Numbered from the whole stretch's first letter, positions 23,506-35,782 are shown. The stretch: 54,952 bases of DNA, filler included, from Catajapyx aquilonaris (GCA_000934665.2; 3 parts of 3 records of this genome joined end to end with filler, not necessarily neighbours in it); one strand, 5' to 3'. Notes: generated by a model not told the origin, from the letters alone. Program-made: numbers and translations.

Positions 23506-23647
23506 TATAAAGCAGCGTGACATGGGAGTGATTTGACGAGCGACGTCTTCGCTCAGAGACGTCTTCACTCAGAGACGTTATCGCTCGGCGAATATTTCGC
23601 TCCTCTAATCGCAAACATGTAAACGTGGCTTAATATACATAATACAC

Positions 23648-23798
23648 GTAGTAGTTTACCCATTCTTCGCATGGGAATCGAAGAATACCGTTGCCAATGG
23701 ACACACCATTGCCATAGTAACTCAGTTGCTATGGGCAGTAGAAGGTAAGGGAAACGGGACATACAGACAAACTTTCCCTTTTATAATATATTCATAGA
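23648..23798 (-). mobile_element. Mini-Helitron (opposite orientation)
   Basis: The minus strand begins A|TCTATGAATATATTATAAAAGGGAAAGTTTGTCTGTATGTC and ends with hairpin CCCATGCGAAGAATGGG followed by TAAACTACTAC (degenerate CTAG). Confidence 0.6.
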
Positions 23799-23857
23799 TA
23801 ATACTGTCACGGAACCGCACGGAACGCTTTCAATAATGTGAACTAATTGAGTTTTTT

Positions 23858-24975
23858 TGTTTCCGCAGAGGTGGCAAGCAACCTGACCATTCCTTTTGGT
23901 GGGATAAAACTCGTTTAACCCCGTCCAACTCTTATACTTATTTAGGGGTCCCATTCCCTATATCAGGTAAATTTCAAATAGCGGCACAATACTTCAAGAC
24001 CAAAGCCATAGCGGCGATAAATTCTTTATGGACAAGCCTCATCAAATTAAAAATATGTGACATTCAAGTAGCTATTAAGCTATTCAACGCCCACATTCTC
24101 CCAATAATAAATATCATACGGAGCTCAGATATGGGGCTTAGCTCAATATGAGGTCATGAACCAAGTTCAACTTTTCTTCCTGAAAAAGCTCCTATTACTA
24201 CCTAGAAATTCAGCCTCATATTTTGTCTATTTGGAAACTGGTCAAGTCCCTTTAACACTAAATCTGATTAAATCAGTTCAAAGCTTATAATTAAGTTTGA
24301 AAAACTACCGGCTAATTCAATCTTACGGATGGCATATGACTATTCCATTGCTCCAAACAGACCAAATTGGCGTAAATCCTGCCTCACATTATTAGATCAA
24401 CTGGGGTTAATGTGGCAAGACCTACAGACCGATTTATCGGTACTACATACTAAAGTACAACTTCAGTTAAAAGCCCAGCTGCTATTAAGATTGGAACAAA
24501 CTCATAGATATAATCATTACAAACTGATTAAGCTTAACTATGGCTTGGAAGCATATCTTACGTACGGTCTACCCCTCTACCTACAGCGCATGATGATAAA
24601 TCTTAGAAATGGATCTAAATATCTCCCCATAAAGTCAGGAATATCGATACAATTGGTTAGCGAAGAAAATTGTGATTGGTGCAACTTGGGCATCCCCCTA
24701 ACACCACACCCCTTAATATTTGAATGCCCTATATTTTTTATGCCTCGAAGAATTTATCTTGGTACTTTATCTGCCATCCCCTTAGAACATATGCCTTTTG
24801 TTTTTCATAATCTAACAAAACAGCAAATTTTCCTACTGTACTCGTTTTTCCTAAATGTTTGCAAGCGCATCCAGTTGTGTGAATGAGTGTAAATAGCGGT
24901 TGTGTCCCCCTAAAAATGACCAAAAGGTCAGAGCATGGGGTATGTAATAAATAAATAAATAAATAAATAAAAATA
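23858..24975 (+). mobile_element. 5'-truncated non-LTR retrotransposon (LINE; L2/RTEX-like ORF2 3' end)
   Basis: RT-end motifs YTYLGV (about 23934) and KLFNAHILP..SYGAQIWG (frameshifted). ORF 24329-24886 ends with the CDWCN..H.LIFECP zinc-knuckle motif. (TAAA)n tail; TSD AACTAATTGAGTTTTTT at 23841-23857 and 24976-24992. Confidence 0.85.
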
Positions 24976-24999
24976 AACTAATTGAGTTTTTTCCCCCAG

Positions 25000-25126
25000 G
25001 TAATCCGAGCAAAGAGATTGTGGTCAGTTCGTGCGGCCGAACTGAGGTCGTTCCTGATCAGATGGACAGTGGCCACTGTTGAGACGGGCACGTACAAACA
25101 TCACTTGGATGCGACAGTCATGGCAA
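25000..25126 (+). other. Candidate exon, possibly 5' UTR of the polyQ gene
   Basis: CTAAT branch-like site with ttttttcccccAG acceptor (24998-24999) and GTGAGT donor at 25127; no recognisable product. Confidence 0.35.
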
Positions 25127-27379
25127 GTGAGTTTTTTTGGGGGGTATTATCACACTAATCGAAAACAATACCTTGCTGCTCGCAGTGCGAAAGGGCCAAG
25201 TAGTTGCAATTCGCAACTGTAGCCGTCCAAATTTTGTGAAATCCACCGGCCTTGAAATTACGGCAGGCATTACTCGAGCGTACAAGTTAAATGTGACTCT
25301 CGCTGTCAAATTATGTGCATTTCTTACAATCCATTGGGGGTTTGTGTGGGAAAAAAATTTGGCAATTTTTGCATGCAGAATAATTTGCACTCGCTTGTGA
25401 ATTGACATTGTGCGAAGATTTTATGTGGAGGTGGAAGTGATCGCATTGTTGACACTACAAAAGCTGTTTTTGTTGCTTCAAGTGCAATTCAAGTCTCCTG
25501 TGTTAGTGTCGCTAATGAACAATCCCTGCAGGTGCCTCGTTCACCCGAAGAATAAGCATTACGACCTTGTTCATGTTCAGTGCGTTAAGCTCAAAACAGC
25601 TTAGATAGATTTTTAAAAAATAATTACATTTTCCCTTTAAGAAAATTGAACATGGCAGATGACCAGGAAAAACTAACTAATCAGAAAAATGGGGCCAAAA
25701 ATAGCCTACTGAAATACTAGCCGATCATATTGCAAAGTAGTTATGCTTGGGGGAAAAAAAAATCATGTGATTTTGAAACAACCAATCGTATCCTCCTCTT
25801 TTTTTTTTCTGCTCACTTCCTGCTGTATTTTGTCAGTTGGTGTCTGATGTTACCCTAGGGAGTAACTCAGAGTAAGTTACCTCATATAATCCTGCTCTGC
25901 TGATGTTGATACCATGACTTTTTAAAATTTACGTTTTTTTTTTTTTAACTTTTCAGCCCAACACAAGTTCCTGCTTGCACGCTTGAAAGTGAACAGTGAG
26001 TACATTAAAAAATTAGTGTAGTGATTTTCGCAATATTTTGTGGGAGGTGATTTGATAGTGCAATTTGCAACTGGATCGCATCGATATTTGCAAATTGACA
26101 GCACTAATTGGGAGGGTGGTAATTGCTACTAAATGATCGTCATTATGTCAGCAAATTTATGTCGGACGGATTGATTCATATTGGTGGCCATTTACATTTG
26201 CATTTTTTTTTTTGTTTCCAACGCCAGATTGGGATTGAAGATGGGCGCGAAATGACCGCTGCAAATTGGGGGGTTCCAATTATTGGAATGCTTGCAGATT
26301 TTAATTGAGGCGACCGGTGGAAATTAGTGTTCGCAGAATTTTTAATTACATTTTTGTTGAAATTGCCCAAATATTTGTAATGATCCAAGATGGCTGACTG
26401 TTAAAAATTCATTATGGTCACCATATGATTGTGATACAAACTAAAAATTTGCAGCTTCACATTTACGCTGATTTAACAAATATTTTGCTCCAGTCCATTA
26501 CGTGAAAAATTTCAGCCAATAAGTGAGATGTAGGTAATTTTTGTAGATTGGTTCATTGAAATTAATTGTGCCAATATGCCGGAAAAGCACAAGTTTGATT
26601 TGATTACTAGTGACACACGGAGCTGAGTTGCAGATTGTTGCAAATGTTTTGGCAAAAATGCTTATTGCGTCGTTTAAGAGCGTGAAGAAATTAAATTTTT
26701 TAAATCCTAATATTTGAGGTCAAACATTGCAATTTGAGTGATCTTGAGCAAATAGGCAAGTTATTTTCTCAAATGGACAACTCGCACTTACTTTTTATAT
26801 TATTATCAAGGTAGGCAATGTAAAATTCAGTTGCAATGATGTTGATAATTATGTGGCTCATTGACTCAAATTAATTACCGTAACTGATTTTGGTCAATTA
26901 GGCTGCTTTTTACAGAATTTAATATTTAATGATTGCAAAATTATTGTTATCTGCTGACAACGGCATTTTTTGGGAATAGGCCATGATGTATGATGATGAT
27001 GCAAAATTATTGGGAACCGTGAAAGTGAACCGTGGTCCTTGTATCCATTAGCCATTTTTTCCAACTTGAATTTCTCGATATTGAAGAATGGGGCAATTTT
27101 CATTCAGAGTATAAAATAGGTGACATAAATTTTGATGGCCTTCAAGCTTGGAGTGGAATGACACGTATCTTTGCATAAAAATGAGTGCGTTTGTGATGCA
27201 CTTTCAGACTTAATTGAGGGCGACAATGGATAATTGATATTAGTTTCTGCCATTTGCCTAATTATAATTGGGTTAGTGTACCACCCATTTTTTAATGGGC
27301 ATCTGGCACAGTGCCTTTATTGCTTTTTAAGGTGTACAAGCTTTTCGCTCCGTTTCTGTAACACCTGGATGCCGGGAAG

Positions 27380-27579
27380 GGATGTGCAAGTCCAAGTGCA
27401 ATGTCTATAGTGGTACATTTTTGTGAACTCCCCTGGATGGTTAGTCGCCAGGAATCCCACCCAAGACGAAGCCAGAGACTTTGCACGAGATGGAGGGGGG
27501 AAAGCCCGGGCTTGGGATTGAACCCGGGACACTTATATCCGTGGGCGCATACGTTACCGCAGCGCCACTCCGCCTCCCC
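27380..27579 (-). mobile_element. tRNA-derived SINE, related to 40789-41159 and 49535-49781
   Basis: Minus strand GGGAGGCGGAGTGGCGCTGCGG (A box) ... GGGTTCAATCCC (B box); shares the core caagtgcaatgtc. Confidence 0.6.
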
Positions 27580-27609
27580 TACCATGTGCCTAATTAATTT
27601 TGTTGAGAT

Positions 27610-28466
27610 CAGGGTTGGCAATAATCAATCATTATTTTAAAATAATCAAATAATCTGATTATTTTGATTATAATCGGATTATTTTGATAATAATGTTATT
27701 ATTTGTAGTACAGCACTTTATTTCACTTTCCTGATAAAAACCCCACCTGCTATTTGAAGAACATCAAGAAATGTATGTCAATATTGTCAAACATGTTACA
27801 TTCCAAGGAAAGTGCATTATACAATATACAGTCAATCCTCGTTTAACACGGATTCCGCTTACTTGGGAGCGACTAGCCGACTACACTATATTCAGTAGTG
27901 TACCTGTGTACATACCTGTAAGTCTGTAACACTTACAGTATTATTGTACACCACTGTATCTGTATTACGCAGAAAGCAGTGCCTGATGTACTACCTCTGT
28001 GGCTCTGTTATGTTCTCATGTACTGATTATGATAATTAAACTGTATTTTACTACATATACAATAAGTCAAGAGTCAAGAGTTTTAACTTTTAACTTTTTG
28101 ACTGGTGAGTTTGTGATTATTGGTAGGATAAATGTATGACGAACCTGGTCCCCCAGGAACCTATCCCCCTATTTCCCAATTCCCATAAGATTAAATGATT
28201 AACGTAATAATGTTTCACTTTACACGAAGTCACAAACCTATCCGGCTATCCCCGATGTTAAACGAGGATTGACTCTACATTGTACTATGGTTCTACGGTA
28301 GGATATTTTTTTAGCCTTTCAACATTTTAACTTCTTTAGTGGAATCAAATAATACCTGTTACCTCATGGGCTTATTATTATTATTATTATTGTTGTTATT
28401 ATTATTATTATTGTTATTATTATTATTAGTGATTATAATCAATTGATTATAATCATGACAACCCTG
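27610..28466. mobile_element. hAT-like non-autonomous element
   Basis: 8-bp TSD GTTGAGAT at 27602-27609 and 28467-28474; termini CAGGGTTG(G/T)CA; subterminal GATTAT/ATAATC repeats; contains (TTA)n at 28372-28428. Confidence 0.85.
27829..28275. mobile_element. pogo/Tigger-like MITE nested in the hAT element
   Basis: TA-CAGTCAATCCTCGTTTAACA ... TGTTAAACGAGGATTGACTC-TA. Confidence 0.8.
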
Positions 28467-28745
28467 GTTGAGATTTTCAAAAGTGACAATTTGAAGAAAA
28501 ATTTCAATTATTATATTGCGTAATTGATATTGGTGACCCAATTACTGGCTTGTATGGTAAATCTTTTCCATTGTGAAGTTGTTGTAGGACAAATCCACTG
28601 GTTCCAATTTGACATGGCTCAGTTCATAATGTTCAGTTGATGCAAGGTTAAAATTTTAAGGCCACTGCGGCTTCACATTTTAAAATGCACCATAACCAAT
28701 GATGGTCGCAATTCAATTGGGACTTGATTTAATTCGTAATGAATT

Positions 28746-29634
28746 GAAGACGTCACTTGCCAAAGGGCCCATGTCCACCAGGTGAAATTTTTCAGGAGAG
28801 ACTAAAAACTGCATATAATTATGACTAATCACTCCATTCAGAGTTTCGCAGTTTACGATGCTCATAGGGGACCATTATACACACCTAGTGGCATAAACAT
28901 CATCTACTAGGAAGCAATAGGTCAGAGCCCATTGAAGGTCAAAATCGGGCCCTTTGGCAAGTGAACGCTCGCACCAACATTGTTGCAAATTTCAGTTGTG
29001 TAGTCATGGCTGTCCATCCCAACACATCATATTCATAAAGTAGTACTACAAAGAAAGGTGTGACCGGTTTTATTTCCATCCTATGTTAATTATTATTAAC
29101 ATCAATCAAAATCTGATTTACGTCCAGTCAGTTGCCAAAAGGCCCAAGTCCAGTAGTAGCTAGGCAATGGACTGCAAATCATCACATTCAATTTTAAGGA
29201 ACTTCTGACTGACCCTGGCTATTCATCTTCACCAGGGCTGTGTGGCCCAACTCCAAGAGTAGCAATCCGCAATAAAACAGTTTTTCGAAATTTTGTGACT
29301 TGGGCCCTGTCATAACCGTGGTCCGAGTTGTTGGGTTAATAACTACATCCGTTGTGGTTGTAAGTAAGTTTTAGAGGGGTGGCTCTCTGATACAGTACAA
29401 TGATATAATGCGTCTGCTCAGGATAAGGGGAAGAGAGAGACTGGTTGCTAGCTGTGTAGCTAGGGAGGTTGGTGTATGGAGGATTGCACCGCAGGTTGCA
29501 AGTAGTGGGAGGCGGCATAGTGTAGGATTGGCGGATAGGGTCTGAGGGGAATCCCTCCATGGTCTACCCACACTGGCCTGGGTGATGCAACATTATGACA
29601 TATTATAACAGGCCCTTTGGCAAGTGACATCTTC
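28746..29634. mobile_element. TIR element with AATT target duplication (Sola-like?)
   Basis: AATT-GAAGACGTCACTTGCCAAAGGGCC ... GGCCCTTTGGCAAGTGACATCTTC-AATT; related motifs recur internally near 28948, 29132 and 29302. Confidence 0.75.
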
Positions 29635-30326
29635 AATTCCATACTATGAATGTAGCTAATTTGAATATGGGTGGTAACTTTCTTATTTGAATTGACTTGC
29701 ATTGAATTCCCTCAGCCTGCAAAATCGACTTGAATTGTGCTATGGATTGATTGCATTTCAGAAATGAATGGCTTATCGAATTGATCACAACGACGAATAA
29801 GGGAGAAATCCTCTGTAGTAGATTATTGATAGTTGTTCACCCAGGCCTACAGGTGACAGATAAGCAACTGACATTTATCATAGCAGTGAAGGGGAAATTA
29901 AAGGTATAAGTGAATTGAATGCACTTGAATTGAAGAGGAGCAAATGGTACAGTAGTAATGGCAACGAATTGAAGTTGAATGGAATAGAATAATTGAATCA
30001 GCTGCAACCTACTAAGATCTTAGTGGAACTGAATGTGGAATTCATTTCCAAAGATTTATAGCCTACCCATCTCTGATTGAACTGATCAGTGATCATGTTA
30101 GTCACCGAGTACAGTCATTCTGTTTGGATTCATAAAATCTCATATCTTCCTCACTTTTATAACCCGGCATATATATCTGGGTTGGTGCAATGGCTCCCAA
30201 GTCCACTTGTGTTTGAAGAGGGAATAATCCAGGTGTGGACAGCCTTGTTCCTCTTCAGAAACAACAACTGCGAGCAACGTTTGCCTCATTCATGGAAATA
30301 TTTCTTTCCCCCTTAGGATTTCCAAC

Positions 30327-30488
30327 ATGGCCCCAAAAAAGTCCCGGCGGCTACAATTCCAAAAGCCGGAGATCGAGCCCCCTGGATTAAATTGGGGGCC
30401 AGAAACTTCTCGAATGAAGAAGCACAGAGAAGCACTAGAGGCGGCACAGGACCAGCAGCTTCTACAACAGCAGCAGCAGCAACAGCAG

Positions 30489-30520
<32 letters not shown>

Positions 30521-30596
30521 ACAACAACAGCAGCAGCAGCCGCAGCAGCAACAACAACAGCAGCAGCAGCAGCAGCAGCAGCCGCAGCCACCGCAG
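30327..30596 (+). CDS. Candidate first coding exon of an unrecognised polyQ protein
   Basis: Acceptor tttctttcccccttAG (30315-30316), CAACATGG Kozak context, MAPKKSRR basic N terminus, Q25-P-Q13 from mixed CAG/CAA codons, phase-0 donor CAG|GTAATT. Confidence 0.55.
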
Positions 30597-30759
30597 GTAA
30601 TTACCTAGACAAATGACAAATAACAGCTGCTGAGAAGTCAGAAGGAGGAGTGACTTTTGGGGATGAGTGTCAGATGGAAGACACTGGGGAAACTAATGCA
30701 AAATATTTTCCAGAGGCAGTTTTTTCTCACTGAACCCTGACGATATTTTTAATCCACAG

Positions 30760-30849
30760 CCACGCCGAAAAGGGGTCGTCGCTGCGGCCCTGCGGATGAC
30801 GTCGGGGTCGGTAGTGGCGGCCGAAAAGCGGAGGCGGGAGGCAAGGCAG
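30760..30849 (+). CDS. Candidate second coding exon of the polyQ gene (PRRKGVVAAALRMTSGSVVAAEKRRREARQ)
   Basis: CTGAC branch-like site with tttttaatccacAG acceptor; 90 nt open in phase 0; CAG|GTGAGT donor. Confidence 0.55.
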
Positions 30850-31248
30850 GTGAGTACCTCCTTGACACACACAGGATGATGCGTAAATAGAATAAGGGTT
30901 TGTTGGCCCCTTGATGCAGGTGACTAAAGTAAAATATCATTATGACATTGCTAGTCTGCCCTGGCTTGATTTGTTGAGTGGGAGGAAAAGGGGGAAGAAT
31001 CAGTCGGGGACCATGTCTGTTATACTGAGAGGCGCTTTTTTTTATGCAGGAAGTTCCAAGGTCATGGGTCCTTTTAGTTATTGGAAATTTGACTCAAAGC
31101 TGTTATTTTTTGTGTGTATCTTGTTGTGCCCTGATCAGGTCCCCTATTCTAGCAGTTTAGTTTGGAAGTGAATTTGAATTTTTTGACAAACTAATTTTCT
31201 GCTTACATGAGAGAGAGATTTGGCCAGGGTAATGATATTTCAATCTAC

Positions 31249-31450
31249 AGGGTGGCCGTAGAGTCTGGACCCAATGGCAGTATTGTTTTCTGATTACAGG
31301 TGAGTTATGGCACTGACAAAAGATGACAGAGTGATGTTAATTCTTCAATAATGGGTAGATCGATTGACTCAGATATAATTGGTGTCCGAGTTGAATGGGA
31401 GGCATCTGCAGAGGTCAATAAGATGTAGAGCAGTTGGATAATTGCTAATT
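31249..31450 (+). mobile_element. Mariner-like remnant (TIR and decayed transposase start)
   Basis: TA-CAGGGTGGCC terminus; ATG at 31308 gives MALTKDDRVMLIL then stops. Confidence 0.4.
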
Positions 31451-32503
31451 GGCTTATAATGGACCTCTACAAATATCTCTTTTTTAACTGGGCTGCCACT
31501 TCCCTGTAAGTCCATCCCTCTCGTCCACAATGAAGGATTAACACCACTTGGTCATCCCTCGTCTGTGCCAGAGCTCACCTGTAACGCGTTAGAAGGCTGG
31601 AAACAAGATACAAGAAATTGTTTTGTGTAAAATTTTAACTACAAAGGAAAATTTACAAGGCATCCTACATGTGGGATGCTAGGAAATCCACATACTTTTT
31701 GCTGAACTTTGGCGTTATTTTACTTTCAATGTCGCAATTCTCACATCAAATGGTACATGGTTGGTGGCACTGGTGGACACTGGTGTGTTTCGATCCTAAT
31801 TCATCCCCGTAATTCAAGTGTTTCAGCCCATAAGACTTTTCAAAGGAATTTCTCATTATTAGACCTTAGAAAGTATGTCCCATGTCACACCATGTCATAC
31901 CAAGCAGTACAGGGTGATCTGAAATACTTATCCCATTTCTGTGGCTTTGGCGTAAGTTGCATAAGGATCCCTTCCAGGATTGATTTTGCAGTGCTCCGCA
32001 ACATTTTTAATTGGAAGTTGTTCCTCATTATATTAGCTGAAAAAGTTAATCTTCAATTTTTAAGTACCTGTCCCCTGTATAGTGAAAACCTGGGCTTAAT
32101 ACGGGAATTTGTAATTTTTCTGAACTTCATATGGCCTCGGGAATTTTAATATTACTTTTTCGGACAATAGTTGATTATGGCCCATTTTTTTAGTTGTGTG
32201 TTGTTCAAGAAAGATAATAATGTTAAAAATTTAACTGCACTCAAGCTTGATTGGACAGTGTAATATCCCATTTCCAGTGTTGCCACATTTTTCAACTAGC
32301 ATTTATTTTACTAATTATATTTTTTGCGAACAGTATGTGACTCTAAAAATTGGCCATCATCAGCGATTATCAGAAAAATTAATATTAACATTCCCGAAGC
32401 ATTTAAACCCCTTCGCTCCCAGCTAGGTCAAAAGCGCCTAGATTTTCATGTGCACTTACTCTGAAGATAAAGACAAGATATTTTACAAATAACAACAGCT
32501 ATG

Positions 32504-33378
32504 CAGGGTGATTGAAAATGAATGCACGTATTTAAAAACCCTATAACTCGAAAACTTGTGGACATATTATCTAAATGAATTAACTTTTGAAATTCTAAAG
32601 GCCAAAACACAAAAAGATTTTGCGGCAGCGACAAGCGGCAATCGCCTGCCCCGCGAATTGTTATTAATTGTTGGCAACAATAAATATAGATAAAAAATTT
32701 GCTGCAACGCGCGCCGTTTGCCGCGCGACTTTTTTTTTTGTGAAATGGCCTTAAGAACTGTCTAAAGTTTTGGACTCACCATATTTGGTTTCTATACGAG
32801 CTACATTCTTCGCACAGCAAATGTAAATACAATAGTCATCGGTGTCGTGCCAAACCCGCTCAGGCATGTGTGGCGTTACCATTGCAATCTTATCCCATAG
32901 GTGCTGGTGATGCCGGATCTTTTCACCATACATGTATCTCCACAAAAAAGTTTAATGGTGTAGCATCTGGGCTTTTGGAGGGGCTAGGCATGGGGAAACT
33001 TCTCATGGAAGCCTTCGCACACTGGGAGGCTGAACAAATGAGACTTTTCTAAGGCAGGTTGGATTCATGGATGAGGCGACTTTTTTATTTGAATCATCAA
33101 GAATAATGTTTGTGGTGTAATGATACGAGACATCCATCACCTACGGGATGGGATTGCAATGGTAACTCCTGATATGATTGAGCGTGATGGGCACCAGACG
33201 GAAAACAGTATTTTTAAATATGTCGAGCGGCAAATGAAGTGCATATGGAAATAAACTAAGGTGAGACCAAACCTTGAGACTTTACATATCATTTCAAAGC
33301 TGCAATAATTTAAATGTGTATATAAGTTTTTGAGTTATAGGGTTTTAAAATATGCGCAATTTTTTTCTGATCACCCTG
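32504..33378. mobile_element. Mariner-derived foldback carrying transposase C-terminal remnants in both arms
   Basis: CAGGGTGA..TCACCCTG termini; minus-strand LWDKIAMVTPHMPERVWH..C...N.ARIE and plus-strand LRDGIAMVTPDMIER resemble the mariner C terminus. Confidence 0.7.
32599..32751. mobile_element. Harbinger-like MITE, same family as 3764-3915
   Basis: TAA TSD at 32596-32598 and 32752-32754; right arm gcgccgtttgccgcgcgac..gtgaaatggcct shared with 3878-3915. Confidence 0.85.
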
Positions 33379-33774
33379 TTTTTATCGCTTCATAGAAAAC
33401 ACTATGAATGTGTTGCGAACAATTTTACTCATCCAGAAGTCCCAACTTAATTTACAAAAAGACAGTCTTGAAAAATCGAAATTCCAGTACTACCGGCCAA
33501 CTGTTAGGCTCATTTAATTATGAAAATTAATACGCTATAAAATGTACAGAACGACTGGAATTGCAGTGAGACAGTGCACTTGAAGATATTTCGAGAGGAA
33601 AGGGGACTAATTTTGGTTGGAAAATAGAGATGCAGCTTTTTGGACGGCCAAGAAAATTGTCACCTGTTATTCGTAGGTGCCCTGCCTTCAAGTTCACTGT
33701 TCAGTCCAGTTTTAAAATGTCGGGGAAGAGGAAGGGGGTTGACATCGGCTCAACATATAGCTTGTGTCCAGGCA

Positions 33775-34066
33775 GATGGTCCAAGAGAGCAGGCAAAATT
33801 AATTGGCCAAAAACTTGGTATGGCAAATGGACCTCAAATGGGTGGCTGGAAAGTTCCTGGCAACAGGCACAGAATTTCGCAGAAAAAAGTGTACTTGGTG
33901 TGTGTTAGGTGGACTGATTTTCCACCACATTGAAGGTAAGGTGCTTATTTTTCTCTCCCCATTTTCCTCTCTTTCTCACCGGCAAAAAAACTTCTAGAAA
34001 CGTCCTTGATCTGAATATAGCGGAAACCTGTTCATTACGGACAATTTGTAGGGTCTCCTCCGATTC
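33775..34066 (+). mobile_element. Tigger/pogo transposase remnant (CENP-B-type HTH) and 3' end
   Basis: REQAKLIGQKLGM, SNGWLES and RHRISQK in shifting frames resemble LREKA..IA..LG...ASNGWL..FK.RH.I. Confidence 0.6.
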
Positions 34067-34364
34067 CTAACACACAGGAGTCGCTGTAACTGGTTGAGTT
34101 TGTTGGCCGATTGATGGAGTTGACTGAAATGAAATATCATTATGTCATTGCTACCTTGAGTGGGAGGAAAAGGGGGAGGAATCAGTTGGGGAACCATGTC
34201 TTCTGTTATACTTAGAGGCGCTTTTTTATGCGGGATATTCCAAGGTCATGGGTCCTTTTATTTATTGGAAATTTCACTCAAAGCTGTTATTTTGTGCCTG
34301 TAGCTTGTTGTTACCTGATCAGGTCCCCTATTCTAGCAGTTTAGTAAAATATTGAAATAAATGA

Positions 34365-35271
34365 TGACAAACAACCAATGAGAACATTGGGACTCAATTG
34401 ATGCTACAAAAGCAGAACGGATAAATGTTGAAAATTTAAATGCCACTCAATTGATCACTCACATAGTGCTCTAACATCCAAACAATGTTTTTTACATTCA
34501 TTTGTGGAATTCATGGTAGCAAATCCTCTCAGAAGACAATTAAAGATAAAATATGAAATTATTTGAAAGACCTCCACTCCAGGCATGGGGCTTGCTCCTT
34601 CCCTTCTTTATATACCCCCTATAGCATGGTACCTCGCTATTCCAGATTTTAAAACTGAACTGTAGTGAAAAGCACACTTCCTTGTGGGTGTATAGGTACA
34701 GGCACCTAAAGAAAAGTCACAGCCAGGGATGGAAAAAGAACCGCTTCTTTGGGCGGTAAGCGGTTCTTTTTCTATCCCTGCACATGGAAAAAAGAAGCGC
34801 TTCTTGGAAGGAAGCGGTACTTTTTCCATCCCTGGTCACAGCCCATTCAGCTACAAAAAAACTTTTTTCGTATGTCCATTTAAATGGAAGTTTGGTCTCA
34901 AGAAGAAAAGAAAATTACCAGTTCTCTGCAGCAACAAAGATTGTCAGACACATCGTTTCGTATTTCCTAATGCACATTCCATGTGAATCCCAGGACGTTC
35001 GCTGCAATGACGAAAATCGCACTCTAAGTATGAGGAAAAAAATAAAACTGGTCAGGTGAGAGCCTAGCTTCAGCAGCGCCATCCGCCATTTTCATCCGCG
35101 TTTTAATTTTCGCTGCCCAAGTCAGATACTCCACACTTGGTGGCTACACCTATTGAGGCCAGATTATTGTAATCATGGGATACCAACGTATTACAGTTCT
35201 GTTGGCATCACTAGTTGGCGCCAAAAAAACTTTTCCAGGTGTCCAATATATTGGACGCCGGGTCTCAGGAG
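34365..35271. mobile_element. piggyBac-like non-autonomous element, left end missing (family of 43314-44187)
   Basis: Colinear with about 43430-44187; ends GGTCTCAGGAGG-TTAA. Confidence 0.8.
34724..34834. mobile_element. hAT-like mini-MITE made of two tandem hairpins
   Basis: 8-bp TSD GTCACAGC at 34716-34723 and 34835-34842; TIR CAGGGATGGAAAAAG; empty site GTCATAGC in the paralogous copy at 43752-43759. Confidence 0.9.
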
Positions 35272-35406
35272 GTTAATTGGTGGTTGTTTGACAATTAAGT
35301 AAAAATGAGAATGAAGTTCATGATTTGCATGGAACCTTCCAGTTCACGTAATACTAGCATCATATGATGTAGTTAGTTCCTAAAAGTTATTTCATCTTGG
35401 CTTGTA

Positions 35407-35547
35407 CCATCAGTCCAAAAAGAACTTTCCCAGTCATCCTGATGTGTGTGCTGCCCGCTCGACACACACCATGTAACTTACATGGTGTGTGTCAAGCGGC
35501 CTGCCCACACGTCAGGATGACTGGGAAAGTTCTTTTTGGACTGTTGA
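35407..35547. mobile_element. TA-flanked hairpin MITE (family also at 39826-39935 and 44669-44714)
   Basis: Near-perfect 141-bp palindrome centred on CACACACCATGTAACTTACATGGTGTGTG. Confidence 0.8.
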
Positions 35548-35782
35548 TACAATGCACCCCTGTGTGTCTGCATTTCTCGTTTCAAAGCTATGCAATGTTT
35601 CATGAAAAAACAGTAACATTAAATAGTCTTTAGATGGTGCCATTTCCAAAAATGGCCCAATTTCGTTGGTATCAACCCAACTGAATCCAGCCAATACTGG
35701 GCATAGGTCTCCCACCCCGGACGCATAAGGCACATTTTCCTGAATTATTTTATATGGCTAAAGGCCGGTTTTTCTTCTTTAA

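Larger units (their letters stand above)
32408..33525. mobile_element. Truncated piggyBac-like element (family of 47983-48713) hosting nested insertions
   Basis: 32408-32502 and about 33380-33525 align colinearly with the left arm of 47983-48713. Confidence 0.75.

Noticed and set aside
23545..23590. Short spaced repeats as a CRISPR-like array (also 19418-19600 and 41330-41427)
   Set aside because: Too few units, no unique equal-length spacers, no cas genes, eukaryotic context
25000..25126. RAAELRSF peptide as a TMEM62 N-terminal exon
   Set aside because: The metallophosphoesterase motifs (SD.H, GD) are absent, and it lies in a different block
30313..30616. Poly-Ala/Thr and poly-Ala/Val ORFs
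   Set aside because: Alternate frames of the CAG/CAA tract; only the polyQ frame fits the Kozak context and splice phase
33630..33940. ORFs ending near AAG|GTAAGG as host exons
   Set aside because: Better explained as a frameshifted Tigger/pogo HTH remnant
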